This document shows positions 37,501-48,574 of a stretch of 64,000 bases of DNA, piece by piece (the stretch's first letter is position 1; every line of letters starts with the position of its first letter). This stretch comes from Octopus bimaculoides (taxonomy: Eukaryota), in NCBI RefSeq assembly GCF_001194135.2, contig NC_068997.1, forward strand, positions 6,778,931 through 6,842,930, given 5' to 3'. The notes beneath the pieces are model-generated. The model was not told the origin of the DNA and made no database searches. It was given only the letters and a program-made list of their open reading frames with translations. Both the position numbers and the translations under genes were made by a program.

Positions 37501-38441
37501 TTGAAAATGTCTCCTGGCAACAAATTAATATCAAAATGGTTACCTTTTCAGCCAGCGTCGTAAATGCCTTGAGGAACATTGACTCCAGCCAGTCTTACGT
37601 GATCCCATCAATCCAGAACTTTCTTGAGTCATGTTACCACAGTGTGTCATTGCATCATGCGGGATACCAAGACTGGATACCAAAAGAAAAACAATATTCC
37701 CTTTAATCGTAACAAAGTAAATATTTTGTAGGGAGTTTCTTTGTTTTCAGGGTCCCGTGAAGTTGGGTTCGTCAAATATTTTGATTCCATAATGATGTGA
37801 GCAAAGCAAGACTCAAGAATATTGTACATTAATAGAAGAAGAACGATAAACAGGAAATGTATATGAGGCATGGTTTGTATCATCATCGCATTCACCGCTT
37901 TTGCTCCCAAAAAGCACTTTTTGACCTGGAAAACACATTCTTCTAACAACAAATATGTTTTTCACTTCTAAAGGGTCTGGAAACAAAGAAGCACTATATA
38001 TGGAATAAAATCGAAAGCTGAGGAAAGTAGTGATGATCTGCATCAGCAATAGTCGTTTTTAATTAATAAATTAATTAATCAATGGATAAGTTCACATGAG
38101 ATTTCAATGAGTTTAGTTTTTACGAAGAGGGAATTTAAAATTTTCAGATCTTGTTTCTCATCTGTGAATGAGACGTATAGAGTATATAAAAACCGAAAGG
38201 GAAAACGTCGTGATCATGATAACCACCTCATTACAATCTTAAACAACTTGAAAGCCTGTTTCGCGACCTGCTCAAAATAATATTAAAAAAAAATCTCTCT
38301 CAAATGATATTCTAGAACCTTTAAAAAAAAAAAAGGAGAAGCATTGGATAATGTGGTTGAATCTATACAATGTCTGATTAAATTACGGCATGACCAAGTC
38401 GATAATGGCTCTGATCATAAAGATTTACTCGGGGGTTGGAT

Positions 38442-38473
<32 letters not shown>

Positions 38474-40100
38474 AATCATCATCATCATCATCATCATCAA
38501 TACCACCAACAACAACGAACTTTCTTAAGCACATAATTAGAATGTAAAATAAGTGAATAAGTAAATAATTGCGCAATCATATGAATGAAAGTATTAAGTT
38601 TCAACTAAAATGGAGCCTGCGTTTATAATTCTGTCAACATACAATATTTGCCGATCTCAAGGCTTTTTCTTCCACATTAGTTAGGACATGACCAAGTATT
38701 CGTTATCAATGATATACAATTTTGGCCAACAAGCTCAGAAAGCATAATTGCGACAAAAATTACAGATTCAAGCAATTCCTAGTCAGAGTTATGTGAAAAT
38801 AAGGATTCGAATAACAGATGGAAAAAGATTTAGCAACCGAAATGTCACGTATGCTCAACAGAACCGGAAACGGGTAATTGTTTATGTCGTAGGAGTTAAA
38901 GAAAAATCTGTTTGCTCGGTGACAGGATGACAGTTAATTTAGTAAATATCACTGCGTGCTAAAAATGGGATTTTTATCGGATGAGTAATGATTGTCAGGA
39001 CAATTAAACCTAAATATTACTGAAGATATAACTAACTAGAAATAAATTTCATAGACCTTTTTGCCAGTAAAATTTTAAAATCATTGTAAAAATAATTCAA
39101 TTGTAAAAGTTATAATTTCGAGAATTTAGGTTCAGTCTTTTCAAACCGAAGCTACACTGCTGCAGATATCTGTCCATGGAAGTTATTTTGTAACAGTTTG
39201 CTTTTAAATGCCATTAATACTATTTAAAGAATATAGAACTTTTGGAAAACTTTTCTTGACCGCAAATTCTTTATTTTGTCCCACAGTCGTTATAATCCTT
39301 CTTAGAGTCATTATTGTGGGTTTTTTAAAAGGCTTTCCATCCCAACAAACCATAAACATTATCATTCTGTTTGTCCCGATATGTATTCGAGTGTTATGCG
39401 TTTTAGTAATTGTAACATTCGAAATCTTTAAACATAATGAAATAAATTCAAGTGTTACGCTTTCAACAACCTAAACTTTACAACAAAATCGAAGACAATG
39501 TCGAAGTCTTCAACATAATAAAATAATGTAATAAAAATCAGTAAATTTGTACAGCAAAAGAAAAAGAAGCCAAGTTTATAAGGAAATAGAATAAAATATC
39601 AAATATCAACAGAGACTGAGCTTTATCTTTTACTTGGCACACCAAATGATATCTGTTTAAGACTTGAGTTTTGAATAATAACATTTACAATTAAAAAAAT
39701 CGAAGCAGTCCTTCGGAGATGGTATCACAAGCGTGTAAATGAAAGTTGTTCTGTTTTAGCTATTCATTCGACAATTTCTGTAAAAATTTTTTATTTCCTC
39801 AATTTTTTTTAGCTCACACACAGACCTATACATACATACACAAACGTACATACGTGCACAGAAACACATACACATACTTACATACACAAATATACATACA
39901 TATATGTATATATAACTCTTCGAAACGCCAGTGTTATAATAGTGGCAGCTGATGAAGGATATGTTCTCTATGTGGCCTGTGTGTTTTTTGTACCTTGTTT
40001 ATAATTTTGTCCATGTTTTTTTGCAACGTCATGTACTCAGATATGCATCTATATATACATGTAGATGAAGGTATGTACATATATATGCATATACTCATAT

Positions 40101-40131
<31 letters not shown>

Positions 40132-40231
40132 NNNNNNNNNNNNNNNNNNNNNNNNNNNNNNNNNNNNNNNNNNNNNNNNNNNNNNNNNNNNNNNNNNNNN
40201 NNNNNNATATATATATATATATATACATATA

Positions 40232-40266
<35 letters not shown>

Positions 40267-40796
40267 TATATGTGAGTGTGTGTTCGAGTGTGCGGCTGTT
40301 CAACTCGATCGTGGACATAAAAGACAAGGTGTGTGTGTGTGCATGCGTGCGTGCGTGCGTGTGACCATGTGTTTCACTGTCCAGCTGAAAAAGTAAAGAA
40401 ATTTTTAAAATTACGGAAATTGCCGAATATATAGATAAAACATAAGGATTTTCATTTTCGTGATACTATCTCCGAAGGAATACCAATATCGAATGACTTG
40501 TATATTTATTATATATTCTTTATCTCAGCCCTCCAAACACAAAAGGGATGAAAACTTACTTATGTGCGAGCTCATGACTTAATGTATTCCGAGATAACCA
40601 CTCCCAAGATCTTGACAGCGAGCATTTTGCTGGTGTACAAGCTGCAGCTGACATTGAGAGTCCAAGTGCAAAACTACCCCGGACTCTGTGAAATAAAACG
40701 AGAAACAATCATTCATTAAATACAATCAAATGTTATTGATTGTCAGTAAAAATATTTGTCAACAAATACTAAAGAAAAACTCTATATCATGTCTCC

Positions 40797-40831
<35 letters not shown>

Positions 40832-41093
40832 GCTCTNNNNNNNNNNNNNNNNNNNNNNNNNNNNNNNNNNNNNNNNNNNNNNNNNNNNNNNNNNNNNNNN
40901 NNNNNNNNNNNNNNNNNNNNNNNNNNNNNNNNNNNNNNNNNNNNNNNNNNNNNNNNNNNNNNNNNNNNNNNNNNNNNNNNNNNNNNNNNNNNNNNNNNNN
41001 NNNNNNNNNNNNNNNNNNNNNNNNNNNNNNNNNNNNNNNNNNNNNNNNNNNNNNNNNNNNNNNNNNNNNNNNNNNNNNNNNNNNNNNNNNNNN

Positions 41094-41142
<49 letters not shown>

Positions 41143-44100
41143 ACCTGATATAATAATAGTCTATATTTGTTTATGGAAAAGGACACGGCAAAATGAATAA
41201 AACATTCGAAAGAGTCTTGCTGATGTCAAATCAATTTGTAAAAGAAATTCTTTAGGTGCTCGACTTAGTTTTTTTTTTTTACATAATTCTATTCACGAAG
41301 CTAGCATTTAACATGTTAAATACGTCCTTGTACGAATAAAAGCCGAGGGTGACCTTATCGGAATTTGATAAAACGTAACTCAATACGGCAGACATGTTGT
41401 CAGGCATTCTAACATTTCTACCGATCTACAGTCAAAAAGTAAGTTTTTGATGGAAGATTTTGTCCATATTAAGAGCAGTTGTTCTTTGAAAAAATATTGA
41501 GACATTGAGTATTTTATATTAAGCAATTAAAAATATTAACGTGATCAAAATATTAACGTGATCAAAAAAATTAACGTGATCAAAGCAAAAATTATATTTA
41601 CCCGCTCACAATATGTATATGGTCGGCAGACAGACTTCTCTGGTTTGCCCACGTGCAAGCCTTAGCCAATCTTTGTCTCAATGTCGACACACTTCCAATC
41701 TATTAAATACGAAGAATATTTCGAGGCGATATTTTGACTCGCTGACTTTTTAAAAAGAAAATGAAAATCAATAACCAATTAGCTTGAAACAAAATATTTG
41801 TAAATGTCTTTTTTTTTTGTATCGGATAGTTAAATTAAAACCAAATAGAAGCTCTCATTACAATGGTCACGAAATTGATTAAATTAATTAAACCATTGAA
41901 TAAAATACAAATTATTTCTCTATAGAGTCGGTTCTTCATAGCTATAATTACTTGCAGACATTATTTCAAAATGTACTAAGAGCTTTTGTAGTTGCACATT
42001 TCAAAGCCAGAATAAGACGTAAGAGATGATATTGAAGATTTTATTACCTGATTTGTCTTCCAAAAGAATATGTTAACTAATAAGAACTTCACAGAATAAT
42101 TTAATTCGTTTTCTTTCAGGAATTCATATTGAACCTGGAATATTAAACATTGAAGTTGATTTGAAAACAGAAAGAACAACGGATGTCTAGCAGTTACAAT
42201 CACTTGTTTTTACCGAAGTCATCTTAATTATATTTGTCATGGCTATATTTCGTCCCTTTTCAATCCTCACAGGGTCCCGTCCTTTAAGAAACACCGTTCT
42301 ACGCTAACTGCAATGTAGCATAGATTTACAAACGACCATATCTGCTAAGGTCCACTGCTAAAACAAAATATTCCCTACACCTGGCATGAAGTTACGTCAT
42401 TGACTCAAATTAATGACTTTCATAAGAATTCGTAATAGGACGGGGCTGAAATTCTACTTTTAAAATTGGGCTGTTAATAGTTTATTCTAGGAAAGCATCT
42501 TTAAATTTTTAGAAAACTCCGAAGTCGAATTTTAGAGCAGAAAATTAACAAAGTTTCAGAAAAGGCTTACGGTATTCCAAGTCGTAATAATGTATTGTAG
42601 TTTTTGGAGGAATGTTTTAGCTTGCATCACTTCTTCCATGTATTTATACATATATTCATCATATACAAGAGCCATCTCTATACTAAGTCTCTCCTTGGGT
42701 TGTTCAATACTTTGGACTTGTTTCAGAACTTCACATAAGAAACAGAAGTGGAAATACGAAAATAATATTTCTTGTCATCAATTAAACAAGTAATTTGGAC
42801 AAAATACACAAATATTTTAATATCATATTATTATATTATCATATACAATATTACCTCTATGTTCAAAATTTACTAAAACCTTTATAAACACTAAATTGTT
42901 TGTTGGCACTCCGTCGCTTACGACGTCGAGGGTTCCAGTTGATCCGATCAATGGAACAGCCAGCTCGTGAAATTAACGTGCAAGTGGCTGAGCACTCCAC
43001 AGACACGTGTACCCTTAACGTAGTTCTCGGGGATATTCAGCGTGACACAGTGTGACAAGGCTGACCCTTTGAATTACAGGCACAACAGAAACAGGAAGTA
43101 AGAGTGTGAGAAAGTTGTGGTGAAAGAGTACAGCAGGGTTCGCCACCATCCCCTGCCGGAGCCTCGTGGAGCTTTAGGTGTTTTCGCTCAATAAACACTC
43201 ACAGAGCCCGGTCTGGGAATCGAAACCGCGATCTTATGACCGCGAGTCCGCTGCCCTAACCACTGGGCCATTGCGCCTCCACAAACACTAAATGTTGTGT
43301 GTCAAATACTTATTCTTTTTGTCTGCATTTTTGTATGTCGGATCGTCTCTGTTTTCCAACCATGTTGGATTTCTCTGTTTTCCAACCGAACTGTTTTCTT
43401 GTTTGCGTATCAACCTTCAATTTGACTGGGTAACTTATCATTTCAATAAATGCCACGCATAAGACCACATTAATTGCAAGTCATTTTAATCTTAATGTCT
43501 TTGGCTACAGTATTTACAGACCTCTGAAATGCTGCAGCTTGAGCATTTTACAAATTTCAAGTTTCTTGTAGCTCATAATGAAATCTGACAAAATGAATCT
43601 GAGTTTGACTAAACCGAGATTCGATTTTGCCATTGTCAGTTTTAACTCGAGAAAAGATACCTAAAACAAATTAACTGTTTTATTAAACCTAATAATTTAG
43701 CTTACCATTCTCCCAAAGGACTCCGGATTGTCTGGTTGCAAGAAGATATTGACCTGGTCTACAGTTTGGTTCTGATGGTAATACTTGGTAATCAGTTCCA
43801 TTAGTAGTAATTATTCCACGCTAAAAGTTTTTGGAAAAGATGTTATCTAGTTGTATTAACAATAAAGTTTTGTTTCTGTAATATTATTGGTTGGCTATTT
43901 GTTTTAACACAGAAAAGCAATCAAAATTATCTAAATTATGGAAATTCTTAATAAGCACTCAACCGAACCCTGATTTCATATCGCTGAGGAAAATAGGCTG
44001 TAAAGGGAACACGCTAAATGCCACTCTTTAAAATTTAACTTTTGGTCCTGACCGAAGCCAAATTTAAAAACTGACACTCGTTCTTTCATTATTTTGTGAT

Positions 44101-47100
44101 CCATTCAGTCCATATCTAAAGGAAGGAATATCTAGATTGAGTAATTTGAGCAGCATTTTTCCTGTAGATTTCTCCATATTATTTTATCCTCTAAAAAGAA
44201 TCTTGTGCAGCAGACACGTTTTGCTAAGCAGTTAAGTCTAATCTGTTTCTGTGAATAAGAACAGCAGGTAATTTCAATATTGTAGGTAGTCGCTTTAAAG
44301 TAATATATCAAATCTAAGAAAACCTTGACCGAATAGATGCAACAAAGTAACATTGAAGAAAGGAAGCCAATAAAACGGGGTCGGATCAAGGCTTTCCCTT
44401 TCTCCCCTCTCTCTCCCTCTCTTTCTATATATGTATATGTGTGTGTGTGTGTGTGTTTGTGTGTGTATGTATGTGTGTGTGTGTAAATAAAATGGAGTTG
44501 CTACGTTTTGCTATACATTAATTCTGAAGAAGTAGTTGGTGGGAAAACTGGAAAACCATTTACTCTGAAATAAAAGGTGTTTATCTTATCTTTCAATTGG
44601 ATAAAGTCTGAGATACATCTTTTGCGAAATACTTATTTTCGAAATAAATATGGTTTGTTCAGTTAGACAGAATAGTTCACAAATACAATGACAATAAACT
44701 GTAGCATATCAGAATAATGATAAAAATTATGCTTACCAAACCATCACAAAAAGATAAAGATGCCATTCCATAACCATTTAGAGTTTTACCAAATACGTGA
44801 CATTTCGGAAGAAATGTGACATTTTGAACATGTTCTTCTTGACCGTCGAATATGATCACTTCACAGTTTGGATGGAAAACAGAACTTGGTTCCCAGAGCA
44901 AAAGATCGATGTGGAAGGATTCAGTATGAACGCTGAGAGTAGAGTTTGTGCGGTTAGCAAACGTAACTTCGTCTCTAAAATATAAAACGATGTTGAAAAT
45001 TAAAATGTGGTTGTGGCGACAAGGTTTATTAGTTGTCGTTATAATAACTGTGATTGTACAGAATTATAATATTATTCAATTAATTAATTACAATTATAAT
45101 TACGGAATAAGTGACAATAACATCGACCTTCCATGCATCCTATTTAGGTTACTGCTTAACTTTCCGCTAGTATTAATTCTTAATTAATATTCGTTGTAAA
45201 TAAGGCGATCAACTGGCAAAAACGTTAGCAAAATGCTGACCACTTTTCTTTCCCACCCCCACTCCGAGAAATAGTTGGCCTTGCGTCAATATTACTTTCG
45301 AATTTCGGTACAAGGCCAGCAATTTTAAGGGAGGGGTGAGTTGATGACATCCACCCCAGTGTTCAACTGGTACTTACTTTGTCAACCCCGAAAGGACGAA
45401 CAGCAAAGTCGGCCTCTACGGAATTTGAATTCAGAACAAAGACGAAATGCCGCAAAGCATTATTTCCGGTGTGTTAACGATTCTGCCAATTTGCAACCTT
45501 AAATTCCTTTTAATTAATATTAAGATTTTGCTCCGTAGTTTCTAATCTTATTCGAAGCAGTCTTAATCGTTCAGCTAACAAATATATCTATTTACTTGTA
45601 TCAGTGTCATGCATTTAAAAGCCCTATTCCTCAATTGGTCTTAATGAGTTTGAGGGAATGCAAATAGCAGCTGTGGCATTCATGTCAGCCTCTTCTAAGG
45701 CAGCCGTTCCCAATATTTCACTTTAGGTTCCTTCCGTGCTGCGTGGAAACGATATTTATTATCCAGAGTCTTTATCAAAGGACTCGTCGCTATTAACGAA
45801 AAAAAAAGCGGAATAACAAAGGTGCAATTCTAGATAAACGGTAGTTATAGTTGTGTGTGTGTGCGTGTATGAGTGTGTGTGAGTATGTGTGTATATATTC
45901 ATATATATATGCGTGTGTGTGTGTAATAGTGAGTTCTCTAATACATTTATCAAATGGAAGGAGCTTTCCAAATTCAGTGAGTTTTGTGTTACTTTATGAT
46001 ACTGTAGATTACCAGGTGGCCCGACTCGGTATTTCATCCCAGTGTAGTCTTCTCTTACAAACATCAATTTGTGCCAAATTCTCTCGACTTTTTTGAAAAA
46101 TATATTTTATGCCTTATTTTGAAATTGCAATCACCAGGTTAAAAAAAAAATGAATTAATAAGAAAATATATTTACTTTCGACTAAACATAAGAACTACAC
46201 AATATCCTTTGTTTTTATCACCTACAATGCTACTGAAATGAAACTTTAACTATTTCTAGTTGCAAATTATAAAATTCTATGACTTTCTGATGGAATCAAA
46301 CAAATTATCCTAATTTAGAAATTACGCTATTTTCTAAAAATCTAATTCCTTCTCAATTCTTCTTCTCTTACCTATCAAATTTCCTTGCTTGAGACCAGAA
46401 ATTCTTTTCAAAGAATTCAGTGCTACCTTGTTGGGAAATACTGCTATAAGGCATTCTTGACATAGGGTAAACTGACTGGTTCTGCTAAGAATTCACGGAG
46501 AAATTATCTACGCCCAACATTCTTTCGCCACATTTATTCAGGTGATGAATATTAATGGCATTCAGATAATTCAGCCCTATATACATTGTGCATGTAAATA
46601 ATAAACGGGGTCAGAAATTACTTTAAACCCTTAGATGATTGCAAAAAAAAAGGTTTGAAAATTTAAAGTCAGTTTACCTCAAATAATCAGCATTAATGGT
46701 AGCCCAGTGGAACTCGTTGAAACCATCTAAAACAGTGAAAAGAGAAATAGACTGATTGCTGGTGCAACAGGAATATATATAACGTGTTCTGTCTAATATG
46801 TCATAACTGATGTGGAGGCGCATTGGCCCAGTGGTTAGGGCAGCGGACTCGCGGTCATAGGATCGCGGTTTCGATTCCCAGACCGGGCGTTGTGAGTGTT
46901 TATTGAGTGAAAACACCTAAAGCTCCACGAGGCTCTGGCAGGGGGTGGTGGCGAACCCTGCTGTACTCTTTCACCACAACTTTCTCTCACTCTTTCTTCC
47001 TGTTTCTGTTGTGTCTGTATTTCAAAGGGCCAGCCTTGGCACACTGTGTCACGCTGAATATCGCCGAGAACTACGTTAAGGGTACACGTGTCTGTGGAGT

Positions 47101-48539
47101 GCTCAGCCACTTGCACGTTAATTTCACGTGCAGGCTGTTCCGTTGATCGGATCAACAGGAACCCTCGACGTCGTAAGCGACGGAGTGCCAACAACAACAA
47201 TCATAACTAATATCTATCTATCTACGTCCTCCTACCCAATTCAGGATCACCAACATATAGGTACACAATTTAGATTATTTGGAACAAAAAACGGAATTTC
47301 GACAAAAATTCGAAAATAAAAGTGTCTCTCGTTATTTCCTCACATTATGAAACTGAAAAAAGGCAACAGAATTTAAGAATATTGAAGTTAAATTACTGAA
47401 TATGTTAGACTTACCACGATGGAGAGCATCTTTCATTGTGTGGCAAGAGAAATCTTCAGAAGGAATTTTCTAGATACAAAAATAATCAGAAATTAGTTTC
47501 AGTTACTCGAATTGAAGGCATTTAAACAATAACACAATAGCAGCTCTAAAACAATTCTTCTCTATAGTCGGGAAAGTTGTCACTGATTAGTGAATCCTGT
47601 AAGGAATAGTAAACTGAGCAGATGATGGATGAAACTTGAATGTTCAAACTAATCTTTTTAATGAACAAAATGAACAGAAAAGAAAAAAGTGAAGTGTGAT
47701 GGAAAAACGATGTCACAATAAAGTAGTGAGTGCAATGTTATCGGATTTAATAAAGTAAACTTCACAAATCTAATTAGAAATACTTATACGTAGACAAGAC
47801 AGAATTACCTTAATAACGAAAAATTTCGAATCATTTAGACAAGTAGGAGAGATAACCGAGGACATGTTTCAGCCTTAACAGACATCCTCAGGGAATTATA
47901 CAATTCACCGTTCTTACTGAAGTAAGAGCCACTGAGTAGATATACAATACTATATACGAGTTTATATTTTGTGTCTGTGTGAGACATACTTATTATTATT
48001 CATTTAGAACAGAACCAAAGTTATATTCAGTCGGAAATCTATAATTTACGTTATTGTGAAATTACAAGTTACTCGTGTAAACACAGATGAATAAAAACAT
48101 TCGATATACTCAAGCACAAATGTCTGTATGTGAGGCTAACCTCTTATAATTATGATTTACGATAGTGAACATTATGACCAATAGCTATTTCTCACAACAG
48201 GGAACGTTTTTTTTTTTCTTTTTTGTTAATATTCCTCGAACAAAAAAAGACTGCGGAAGATTATCTCTTACCCAGTTATAGTCAAAAGAGGGTCCGGCCA
48301 AGATTTATATGTTAAGAAAACACTATTAACTACAGAGATGATTCAAAACTTTTCGTGATGTTTATAGCCGGATGGATGGGTTCAGGTAAGTCTCAATCCT
48401 GCGGCTTTTCTGTGCGCGACGGAGGGCAGGAGTCAGTGGTATGTTGCTAACTGTCAGGGCATCTAAAGTGGCATTCCAACAACTGACTTCACCATCCACG
48501 GAAGATTGTGCTGGCACTGCTACTGCTGTTGTTGTTGAA

Positions 48540-48574
<35 letters not shown>

